Made by a program: the position numbers and the translations under genes
NCBI GenBank assembly: GCA_965205265.1
Contig: CBDBGH010000003.1
Coordinates: forward strand, 3,968,001-4,032,000
Origin: Alphaproteobacteria bacterium
GTDB taxonomy: Bacteria > Pseudomonadota > Alphaproteobacteria > Bin95
DNA length: 64,000 bases
Direction: 5' to 3'
Part shown: positions 33,163 to 41,365 of the stretch, in pieces
How the letters are laid out: the number at the start of each line of letters is the position of its first letter
Position numbering within the stretch: the stretch's first letter is position 1
Notes under the pieces: model-generated
What the model was told of the DNA's origin: nothing
Seen by the model: the letters and a program-made list of their open reading frames with translations, nothing else
Database searches by the model: none

Positions 33163-33671
33163 AGCGCCTGGCGCTCGTCCTCTTGCTTCTCGCAGGCTGC
33201 GGCGAGGAGGAAGCCGCCTTGCCGGGTCCCGTGCGCCTGACGGCCGAGGCGGTCGGCCACTATTGCATGATGACGGTCCTCGACCATGAGGGGCCGAAGG
33301 CCCAGATCCATCTCGAGGGCATTCCCGAGCCGATCTTCTTCACGCAGGTCCGAGACGCGCTCGCCTATGCAAAAGGCCCGGAACGGAGCGCGGAGCTGCG
33401 CGCCATCTATGTGTCCGACATGGGCGCGGCGCCGAGCTGGGCCGAGCCCGGCCCGGACAACTGGGTCCTGGCGCAAGGCGCCAGCTTCGTGGTCGGCGGC
33501 GATGTCCGGGGCGGCATGGGCGCGCCGGAGATCGTGCCCTTCTCCTCGGCCGAGGCCGCCGCCCGCTTCGCCGCCCGGCATGGCGGCGCGGTGCGCGCCT
33601 TCGCCGACATACCGGACAGCGCCGTTCTGGGGCCTGTCGAGGTCGAGCTTGCCGAGGAAGGCCGGCAATGA
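33159..33671 (+). CDS. nosL: NosL copper chaperone lipoprotein
   Basis: Lipobox LAGC, GHYCMM...HEGPKAQ, YVSDM, GGMGAPE. Confidence 0.92.
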   Translation: MKRLALVLLLLAGCGEEEAALPGPVRLTAEAVGHYCMMTVLDHEGPKAQIHLEGIPEPIFFTQVRDALAYAKGPERSAELRAIYVSDMGAAPSWAEPGPDNWVLAQGASFVVGGDVRGGMGAPEIVPFSSAEAAARFAARHGGAVRAFADIPDSAVLGPVEVELAEEGRQ

Positions 33672-34597
33672 AGATCACCCGCCGCCGTTTCCTGGCCGTT
33701 TCGGCTGCCGCCGGCCTCGCCTGGCACGCGCCCGTGCGGGCCGGGTCGTTCCGCTGGCAGGGCGTCGCGCTGGGAGCCCCGGCCTCGATTACGCTCGCTG
33801 GACTGGACCGCGCGGCGGCTGCCGGACTCGCCGGGCGGGTCGAGGCCGAGATTGCGCGGCTGGAAGGGATTTTCAGCCTCTACCGCGCCGATTCCGAACT
33901 CAGCCGGCTGAACCGCGCCGGGCGGCTCGAACACTCTTCGCACGAGATGCTGGAACTGCTCGACCTTGCGCGGCTCGTGAACGAGACCACCGGCGGCGCG
34001 TTCGACCCGACGGTGCAGCCTTTCTGGCGGCTGCACGCACAGGCGGCCGCCGAAAACCGGGCGCCGACGAGCGCCGAAATGCGCGCCGCGCTGTACGCCT
34101 CGGGCTGGCGCCATGTGCAGGTCGGGGCCGGCCTCATCCGCTTCGGCCGGCCCGGCATGGCGCTGACCCTGAACGGAATCGCGCAAGGCTATATCGCCGA
34201 CCGCGTGGCCGGCCTGCTGCGCGCCCGCGGGCTGGTCGATGTGCTGGTCGATACCGGCGAGATAAAGGCGCTCGGCAGGCGCGCGGACGGGACGCCCTGG
34301 CGCGCGGGAATCGTCCTGCCCGACGGAACGCCCGTCGCGCGCAGGACGCTGTCCGGGCGCGCGCTCGCCACCTCCGCCCCGCTCGCAACGCTTCTGGACG
34401 CCGCGAGGGGCGCGGGCCACATTCTCGATCCCCGGACCGGGGAGCCGGCCGCGCGCTGGCGCCTTGCATCGGTATCCGCGCCCCGCGCCGCGCTCGCGGA
34501 TGCGCTCTCGACCGCGTTCTGCCTCATGGACCGCCCCACCATCGACCGCGCGCTGGCGCAGCACCGCGACGCAACTCTGGAGGCTCTCGTCTCCTGA
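33668..34597 (+). CDS. nosX: NosX/ApbE flavin transferase
   Basis: Tat TRRRFL, FDPTVQP, LNGIAQGYIAD, DTGEI, ATS, HILDPRTG, ADALSTA. Confidence 0.92.
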   Translation: MKITRRRFLAVSAAAGLAWHAPVRAGSFRWQGVALGAPASITLAGLDRAAAAGLAGRVEAEIARLEGIFSLYRADSELSRLNRAGRLEHSSHEMLELLDLARLVNETTGGAFDPTVQPFWRLHAQAAAENRAPTSAEMRAALYASGWRHVQVGAGLIRFGRPGMALTLNGIAQGYIADRVAGLLRARGLVDVLVDTGEIKALGRRADGTPWRAGIVLPDGTPVARRTLSGRALATSAPLATLLDAARGAGHILDPRTGEPAARWRLASVSAPRAALADALSTAFCLMDRPTIDRALAQHRDATLEALVS

Positions 34598-34621
34598 ACC
34601 CGCCCGAAGGAGGACGAAACG

Positions 34622-35002
34622 ATGAAGATCGCCGGACTACTGATCGTCGCGCTCGGCCTGGGCCTTGCCGGCCCCGCCCTTGCCGATGGCGACCCCGTCA
34701 AGGGCAAGAAGGTCTTCCGCAAGTGCAAGGCCTGCCACACCGTCGGCGACAAGGCCAAGAACAAGATCGGCCCCATCCTGAACGGGATCATCGACAACGA
34801 GATCGCCTCCGTGGAAGGCTTCAAATATTCCAAGGCCTTCCTGGCGAAGAAGGAAGAAGGGTTCGTGTGGACCGTCGAGGTGCTCGATACCTACCTGGCC
34901 AAGCCGAGGAAGCTCATCAAGGGCAGCAAGATGAGCTTTGCGGGCCTGCGCAAGGAGAAGGACCGGGCGGACGTGATCGCCTACCTGCAAACCTTCGAAT
35001 AG
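34622..35002 (+). CDS. Class I cytochrome c (c2/c550-like), likely NosZ electron donor
   Basis: Signal peptide, CKACH, IGPILNG, GSKMSFAG; last gene of the nos run. Confidence 0.92.
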   Translation: MKIAGLLIVALGLGLAGPALADGDPVKGKKVFRKCKACHTVGDKAKNKIGPILNGIIDNEIASVEGFKYSKAFLAKKEEGFVWTVEVLDTYLAKPRKLIKGSKMSFAGLRKEKDRADVIAYLQTFE

Positions 35003-35018
35003 GCCGGGCGTTCCGGGG

Positions 35019-37028
35019 TCAGCCTTTCCGGCCGGCCTTGTCCATCGCTTCCAGAACGGCGCCGTCCGTCAGCAGTTCCGGCAGCGCGATGCCGGCGGGC
35101 GCGCCCGGGCCGTAAACCGCGTTGAAGGGGATGCCGTAGCGGGCGAAGCGGGCGAGATAGGCCGAGATCGCCGGGTCGGGCCGGGTCCAGTCGGCGCGCA
35201 TCGCCACCACGCCGCCGGCCAGCCGGTCCGCGACCGGGCCCCGTTCCAGCACTGCCGCCTTGTTGAACCTGCAGGTGATGCACCAGTCGGCGGTCACATC
35301 GACGAAGACCGTGCGCCCCTCCGACACCAGCGGCCCGATCCGCGCTTCGTCGAACGCCTGCCAGCGGCCTTCGGGCACCGCCCGCTCCATCGCCGCCGGC
35401 AGGGCGATCACCGCCGCGAGGCCCGCCGCTGCCGCCGCCATGGCCCCGGCCCCGAGAAGGCGGGTGCGGCGCCGCGCCCATGCCGCCAGGAGCGCCGCCG
35501 GCAAGGCCGCCGCCAGGAGCGCCCCCAGGCCGGCCGCCCAGCCGAGCTGCGCGGCGAGCACCGTCAGCAGCCATACTGCCGTGCCCGCCAGCGCCAGGCC
35601 CAGGAGGAAGCGCAGCCGCGCCATCCAGCGGCCGGGCTTCGGCAGCGCCGCCGCCAGGCCCGGAAAGGCCGCGACGCCGAGATAGGGCAGCGCCAGGCCG
35701 AGGCCGAGCGCCGTGAAGATGAGCGCGATCTCCTGAGGCCCCCGCGTCAGCGCGAAGCCGACCGCCGTGCCGACGAAGGGGGCGGAGCAGGGCGTCGCCA
35801 GCAGGGTTGCGAACATGCCGGTGAGGAACGGGCCGCCGCGCAGTCCGCCCGCGAAGCGCGGCGCCGGAATCTCGAAGGCGCCCCAGAGATTGGCCGCGAA
35901 CAGCAGCAGCAGGAACAGCATCGCCGCCAGGAAGACCGGCTGCTGGAACTGGACGCCCCAACCAACCGCCATGCCGGCCTCCGCCGCCGCAACCGCCGCG
36001 CCGGCCAGCAGCCAGAACGAAAACACGATGCCCGCGGCGACGGCCAGGAACTCCGCCCGCGCCCGGCCCCGTCCGGCCCCGCCAAGCCCCGCGAAATGCA
36101 TGAGCTTGATACCGAGCACCGGCAGCACGCAGGGCATGAGGTTGAGGATGACACCGCCGGCCAGCGCGAGCGCCAGGATTATGGCGAGGCCGTATGAGGC
36201 CCGCGCGCCCGCCGGCGCCACATGAAGGCGCTGTTCCAGGGCTCCGCCGCCGCCGGTGACGGTCGCCACCAGCTCGCGGCCGAGCAGCGCTTCCGGTCCG
36301 CCCTTCGCCCAGGCCACCGGCACCGCCAGACCGCCTGCAACGGGTGTCGGCCGGCCGAAGGCGGCGAAGCCTTCCGCCTCGATGAAGATGTCCTCCGCCG
36401 CCATGCCGGGCAGCGCGACATGGAGGACCGCTCCCTCGCCGTCGCCGGCAAGCTCCGCCCGGCCTGCGGCCGGCTCCGGCCGCGGCGCGCGGCCGCGCCA
36501 GCGGTCTATGGCGAAGGCCTCCGCCGAGGGCCGGGCCGGGCCGGCGGGCAGGGCGAGCGCCAGATCCGCGCTTTGCGGCACGCAGATGTCGGAACAGGTG
36601 AGATAGTCCACCCGGAGCGCGACCCGCACCGGCTCGCCGGGCCGGGGGACCTGCACGTCCATCGGCAGCAACAGGCCGTCCTCATAGCCGACGCTGTCTA
36701 TGCCGAGAACGGTGAAGCGCGCCGGCGCCGGCCAGTAGAGGCCGGCCTCGCCCAGATTGCTGCTCCCGGTCCAGTCGAGCGCCGGCGGCAGGCCTCCCTC
36801 TCCGGGGCTGCGCCAATAGGTCTTCCATCCGGGCGCGAGCTCGAATTCGAGCCCGAGGCGCAGCCGGTCGAGACCGCCCACCGCCTCGCTCGCCGACACG
36901 AGCCGCACCGCGGCTTCCGGCGTGCGCGCCCAGGGCGAGGCGGCCGCGCGCGCCTCTCCGGCGACCGCCAGCACCGCCAGGGCCAGGGCGAGGAATCCGA
37001 GCGCCCGCCCGGCTGCCGTCATGCCCAT
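35019..37028 (-). CDS. DsbD/ScsB-type thiol:disulfide interchange protein
   Basis: GWKTYWRSPG, CSDICVP, LNLMPCVLPV, ATPCSAP, TADWCITC, YGIPF. Confidence 0.9.
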   Translation of the reverse strand: MGMTAAGRALGFLALALAVLAVAGEARAAASPWARTPEAAVRLVSASEAVGGLDRLRLGLEFELAPGWKTYWRSPGEGGLPPALDWTGSSNLGEAGLYWPAPARFTVLGIDSVGYEDGLLLPMDVQVPRPGEPVRVALRVDYLTCSDICVPQSADLALALPAGPARPSAEAFAIDRWRGRAPRPEPAAGRAELAGDGEGAVLHVALPGMAAEDIFIEAEGFAAFGRPTPVAGGLAVPVAWAKGGPEALLGRELVATVTGGGGALEQRLHVAPAGARASYGLAIILALALAGGVILNLMPCVLPVLGIKLMHFAGLGGAGRGRARAEFLAVAAGIVFSFWLLAGAAVAAAEAGMAVGWGVQFQQPVFLAAMLFLLLLFAANLWGAFEIPAPRFAGGLRGGPFLTGMFATLLATPCSAPFVGTAVGFALTRGPQEIALIFTALGLGLALPYLGVAAFPGLAAALPKPGRWMARLRFLLGLALAGTAVWLLTVLAAQLGWAAGLGALLAAALPAALLAAWARRRTRLLGAGAMAAAAAGLAAVIALPAAMERAVPEGRWQAFDEARIGPLVSEGRTVFVDVTADWCITCRFNKAAVLERGPVADRLAGGVVAMRADWTRPDPAISAYLARFARYGIPFNAVYGPGAPAGIALPELLTDGAVLEAMDKAGRKG

Positions 37029-37106
37029 GTCGCCGCTCCGTTCGCCGCCTGTCATCCGCGCACCGTCCGCCTTCACACCCGCCCGTGCTGTGCTACACTC
37101 GAAGCC

Positions 37107-37676
37107 ATGACGCAAGACCGCCCCGGGGAAGGCTGGCTGACCGGCCAGTTCCTGATCGCCATGCCCAGCATGAGCGACCCGCGCTTCGAGCGCACGGTGA
37201 TCTATATGTGCGCCCACGGCGAGGAGGGCGCAATGGGCCTCGTCATCAACAAATCGTTAGAATCGCTCTCCTTCACGGACCTGATGGAGCAGCTGGGCGT
37301 GGAGGACAGCGAGGCCGACATGTCCATCCTCTCGGGCGGGCCGGTGGAGACCGGGCGCGGCTTCGTGCTCCATTCCTCCGATTACGACCGGGACGGCTCG
37401 CTTGCCGTCTCGGACGATATCCGGCTGACCGCGACGATCGACGTGCTGAAGGCCATCGCCGTCGGCGACGGCCCGCAGAAGCGCCTGCTGGCGCTCGGCT
37501 ATGCCGGCTGGGCGCCGGGGCAGCTGGAGGGCGAGATCCAGGACAACGGCTGGCTGACGGCCCCGGCCGACGACGCCATCCTGTTCGACGACGCGCTCGA
37601 GTCCAAATGGTCGCGCGCCATCGCCAAGCTCGGCGTGGACGCCTCCATGCTCTCCTCCTTCGCCGGCCGCGCCTGA
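37107..37676 (+). CDS. YqgE/AlgH family protein
   Basis: LIAMPSMSDPRF, GAMGLVIN, GGPVE..RGFVLH, LGYAGWAPGQLEGE, GRA C-terminus. Confidence 0.92.
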   Translation: MTQDRPGEGWLTGQFLIAMPSMSDPRFERTVIYMCAHGEEGAMGLVINKSLESLSFTDLMEQLGVEDSEADMSILSGGPVETGRGFVLHSSDYDRDGSLAVSDDIRLTATIDVLKAIAVGDGPQKRLLALGYAGWAPGQLEGEIQDNGWLTAPADDAILFDDALESKWSRAIAKLGVDASMLSSFAGRA

Positions 37677-37760
37677 TGCCGGCTCCCGCGGAGGGCTGAC
37701 GGCCCGCTGACGCCTGAGCGCGTCCGCCGGTCCGGAAGCCGAGGGGAGCGCGCCGCTCTC

Positions 37761-38993
37761 ATGCCCGACAGTTCCTCTTCCAGCGTCGAGGTGCGCTATG
37801 GCTGGGTGGTCGTCTGGGCGTCGCTCGTCCTGAACGCCATCGCGCTCGGCGCGCCGACATTCCTGTTCGTAGCGCTCAAGCCCATCGCCGCCGATCTCGG
37901 CGGCGAACGCTGGGTGCCCTCCTTCGCCTATTCGGTGCTGATGGTCGGCACCGGCATCGGCGGCGTCGCCATGGGCTGGTGGATGGACAGGCGCGGCATC
38001 CTCCAGCCGATCCTGTTCGGCTCCGTGATGATCTGCCTGGGCAGCGTCGTGGCGAGTCAGTCGGAGGGCCGGTGGGGGCTCTGGGTCGCCAACGGCCTCT
38101 TGATCGGCCTGCTCGGCAAGGCGGCGATGATCGCGCCGCTGGTCGCGAACGCGACCCGCTGGTTCGACCGGCGGCGCGGGCTCGCCATCGCCATCATCGC
38201 ATCGGGGCAGGGTCTGGCCGGCGCCGTCTGGCCGATGGTCTTCGGCCATCTGGAGCGCGCCGTCGGCTGGCGGGAAACCTATCTCTACTACGCCGTCTTC
38301 GCGGCGCTGACGATGCTGCCGCTTTGCTGGCTGATCCGCCCGAAGCCGCCGGCCCCGCCGCCGGGGCCGGTCCGCCTGGCGGCGTCGCGCGGCGGCAAGG
38401 TGCTCGACTGGCCGCCGGAACTGGTGCAGGGCGCGATGTGGCTCGCCGTGATCGGCTGCTGCGGGGCGATGGCCATGCCCATCGTCCATCTGGCGTCGCA
38501 CGCCTCCGACCTCGGCCATGCGGAGGAGCGCGGGGCGGAATTGCTGTCGGTGCTGATGGTGGCGGGCTTCTTCAGCCGGATCGCCTTCGGCATGCTGTCG
38601 GACCGCATCGGCGCGGCGCCGACCCTGCTGATCGGCTCCGTGTGCCAGCTTGTCATGATGATCGTGTTCGCGATGGTCGAGAGCCTGACGGGGCTTTACG
38701 TCGCCGCGCTCCTGTTCGGCCTCGGCTTCGCCGGCATCATGCCCTGCTACCCGCTGCTGCTCAGGCTCTGGTTCCCGGTCTCGGAGATCGGCTGGCGGGT
38801 CGGCGCGCAATACATGTTCGCGGGCGCCGGCATGGCCATCGGCGGCACGCTCGCCGGCTACATATTCGATGTGACCGGCTCCTATGCGCCGGCTTTCCTC
38901 TCGGGCGTCGCCTTCAACGCGATGAATTTCATGCTGATCGCCATGCTCCACCTCCGCTCCCGCAGCCTCGGCCTCAGCCCGCGGGCGGTTTGA
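37761..38993 (+). CDS. MFS transporter (OFA/MCT-like)
   Basis: About 12 hydrophobic segments, GWWMDRRG, WFDRRRGLA, GMLSDRIG. Confidence 0.88.
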   Translation: MPDSSSSSVEVRYGWVVVWASLVLNAIALGAPTFLFVALKPIAADLGGERWVPSFAYSVLMVGTGIGGVAMGWWMDRRGILQPILFGSVMICLGSVVASQSEGRWGLWVANGLLIGLLGKAAMIAPLVANATRWFDRRRGLAIAIIASGQGLAGAVWPMVFGHLERAVGWRETYLYYAVFAALTMLPLCWLIRPKPPAPPPGPVRLAASRGGKVLDWPPELVQGAMWLAVIGCCGAMAMPIVHLASHASDLGHAEERGAELLSVLMVAGFFSRIAFGMLSDRIGAAPTLLIGSVCQLVMMIVFAMVESLTGLYVAALLFGLGFAGIMPCYPLLLRLWFPVSEIGWRVGAQYMFAGAGMAIGGTLAGYIFDVTGSYAPAFLSGVAFNAMNFMLIAMLHLRSRSLGLSPRAV

Positions 38994-39008
38994 GGAGGCG
39001 CCGCGCCG

Positions 39009-39761
39009 TCAGTCCTCCGCGAGCACCTCGGCGAGGCGGCCGAGCGCGTTGAGGGCGGGCGGGAAGCCGGCATAGGGCGCGGTCTGGGCGATGGCGGCGG
39101 CGATCTCGGCCGGCGCCAGGCCCATGGCGCGCGCGGAAGCGGCGAATTTCGCCAGCGTGTCGTGCAGGCCGAGCACCGCCATGCTCGCCAGCGCCACGAT
39201 CATGCGCCGGCGGTGCGAGAGGCCGGGCCTGTGCCATATGACTCCGTAGCCGTATTGGATCGCGATGCGGTAGAGGCCGGCCGAGCCCGCATTGCCGGGC
39301 GCCGCATAGCCGGTTTCGGCGCGCTCGCCGTGCAGTTCGTGCATCGTCGCACGCCCGTCCGCCTCCAGCGCCGCCAGGTCGCGCGCGTCTTCCTCCTCAC
39401 GGTCCGGGTAGCCCAGCTGGGCGTTCAGCGTGTTCAGCGCATGCGCCGCCATCGGCAGCCCGCCGTAAAGCCCGCACTGCACGAAGATCTCGCGGATTTC
39501 GCGCGCCTCCAGCCCGGCCTTCACCGCCGGGCGGATGTGGGTTGCGATATCGCCCTGCCGGTCCTTCTGGGCGAGCGCGGAGAGCACCGCCACCATGCGA
39601 TCGGCCGGCGGCAGCGCCGGGTCCGCCAGCAGCGAGCCGAAGCCCGCCTCCAGCGCAAAGGCGTCCAGCCCCGGCGCGCCCTTCGGCACCGGCAGCCCGA
39701 ATTCTTTCGCAAGCCGCGCCCCGGCCTCGCGCAGTTCCGTGCGGTCGTTCGGCTCGGTCAT
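39009..39761 (-). CDS. Carboxymuconolactone decarboxylase family protein (tandem CMD domains)
   Basis: Two CMD-like halves: EIREIFVQCGLYGGLP and YGVIWHRPGLS..RR...QTAPYAGFP. Confidence 0.8.
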   Translation of the reverse strand: MTEPNDRTELREAGARLAKEFGLPVPKGAPGLDAFALEAGFGSLLADPALPPADRMVAVLSALAQKDRQGDIATHIRPAVKAGLEAREIREIFVQCGLYGGLPMAAHALNTLNAQLGYPDREEEDARDLAALEADGRATMHELHGERAETGYAAPGNAGSAGLYRIAIQYGYGVIWHRPGLSHRRRMIVALASMAVLGLHDTLAKFAASARAMGLAPAEIAAAIAQTAPYAGFPPALNALGRLAEVLAED

Positions 39762-39792
39762 GGCGGTATCTCCTCCGGGCGCTGCGGGCGGG

Positions 39793-40144
39793 TTATTCCG
39801 TCGGCGCTCTCTGCGGCTCGTCGGAAGGCGCATTGCGGCCTGATATGCTATCCCGGACGAACGTCACCCGGCTCTGAAGCCCGGCCAGACCGTCGGCCTC
39901 CGCCGACCGTCCAGCCCTTCGGTCCGCCCGCGAAGGCCCGAGCGTATGTCGTTCACCTTGAGCGCAGCCGATTTTCGATGCGGTTTATCTCGGAGCGCAA
40001 CCTGTTTTCGGTGGCCCGCATCTCGGAACGCAACCGTTCCTCCGTGCGGCGAATGTCCGAGCGCCACTTGTCCTCCACGAAAAGCCAGACGAACAGCCCA
40101 ACGAGCACAGCGGGCGTGATCCAAGGGGCGAGGTCTTCCATCAT
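39793..40144 (-). pseudogene. Frameshifted small TM + coiled-coil protein, paralogue of the adjacent ORF
   Basis: N-terminal TM, 11-aa repeats RSDIRRTEERL/RSEMRATENRL/RSEINRIENRL; after two frameshifts ends FVRDSISGRNAPSDEPQRAPTE*, similar to neighbour FIGNYILGRNAPDGSVETPAE*. Confidence 0.7.
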
Positions 40145-40196
40145 GGCAACTCAAGTATAGCACGGCGCTGCCCGCCGCAATCCCGCCGAAGGCGGC

Positions 40197-40424
40197 TTAT
40201 TCCGCCGGTGTCTCTACCGATCCGTCCGGGGCGTTGCGGCCCAGGATATAGTTTCCGATGAACCCCAGCTTGCCCTCCATTCGCGTCTGGCCCTTTTCGA
40301 CGGCGATCAGGCGGTCTTCGACCCGGTCCATGCGCTTGTCGGTCCGCTGCTGCCCGGCCAGCATCAGCCCGGCCAGAGCGACTCCGACGCCGAGGACTGC
40401 AACCAGTTCGGAACTGATATCCAT
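40197..40424 (-). CDS. Small protein with N-terminal TM helix and coiled coil
   Basis: MDISSELVAVLGVGVALAGLML then RTDKRMDRVEDRLIAVEKGQTRMEGKL; GGGGA upstream. Confidence 0.75.
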   Translation of the reverse strand: MDISSELVAVLGVGVALAGLMLAGQQRTDKRMDRVEDRLIAVEKGQTRMEGKLGFIGNYILGRNAPDGSVETPAE

Positions 40425-41153
40425 GCCCGTTCCCCAAAGCGGCCCCGCACCGGGACCGGAACGCGATGCGGCTCGACGGTAGCAGGACCGCCATTCGCCG
40501 TCATCCGTTCCCCGGCGGGCTGCTGGATTGTACATCCGTCTCCCGTGGCTTGCACAGCATGTCGCCGATCCGCCGCCCCTGCCCCAACCGAGTCCGACCT
40601 CGGCTTTCGCAGCGACGACGACAGGGAAGCTGGAGTGCGAAACCGACAATGTTCGCTATATTTGAAATATTTCTCTTTTCTGCTTGACATCGATCCCGTT
40701 CACCTCCAGATAGAGCGGCGGCAGGCGCCATCAGGAGGCCGCCTGCTGCCGCGCCGGCGAGTAAAGACCCCCTCGGAGTGGACGGGAGATGTGCGCCCCG
40801 CGTCCGGCTCGCGCGCGGGGGCGCGCCCGGGCAATCAGGCGCGCAAACCGCGCCGGCGCGAAACGCCCGCCCGCGGGTACTGGCGCGGGCGGGCGCGATA
40901 CGCGCGAATCAGGGTCCCGCCGCCGGCAGGCGGGTGGAACGAAACGGGAGCGGAAAGGAGAAACGCCATGCCCCGAACCCGGAGAGGAACCGGAAGCCGG
41001 GCCGGAACCGACGGCGCTATGCCCGGAACGGCCGCAGCGCATGACTGCACGGCATGGAAAACATGACATCCCATGAGGGGCTTATATGGATAGGTTGACA
41101 ACAGGTTTGGGAGGCTTCGCGCCTTCTCTCCGGCGTCCAACCCGCCCCCATAT

Positions 41154-41241
41154 CGTCATACCCGGACTTGTTCCGGGTATCCATGCGGCCGTCCGGCGGA
41201 AGCGGTGGAAGGAGATACCCGGAACAAGTCCGGGTATGACG
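41154..41241. repeat. REP-like doublet (28-bp perfect IRs, 32-bp spacer), second copy of 1176-1263
   Basis: cgtcatacccggacttgttccgggtatc...gatacccggaacaagtccgggtatgacg; arms identical to 1176-1263, same 88-bp length, spacer 22/32 identical. Confidence 0.9.
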
Positions 41242-41365
41242 GAGGGGACGTGACGGAGGGGACGTTGAGGTATGACGGAAGAAATGTCGTCGGTCTCCCC
41301 CGTCAACCTATCTTTGTAATCTCCAACATGACATATCCGCTGCCTCTCCCGCGCCCCGCGCCCGC

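Noticed and set aside
40364-40690. Alternative ORFs and a repeated ggggaacgg RBS-like motif upstream of the small coiled-coil gene
   Set aside because: Out of frame with the credible CDS and low-complexity translation
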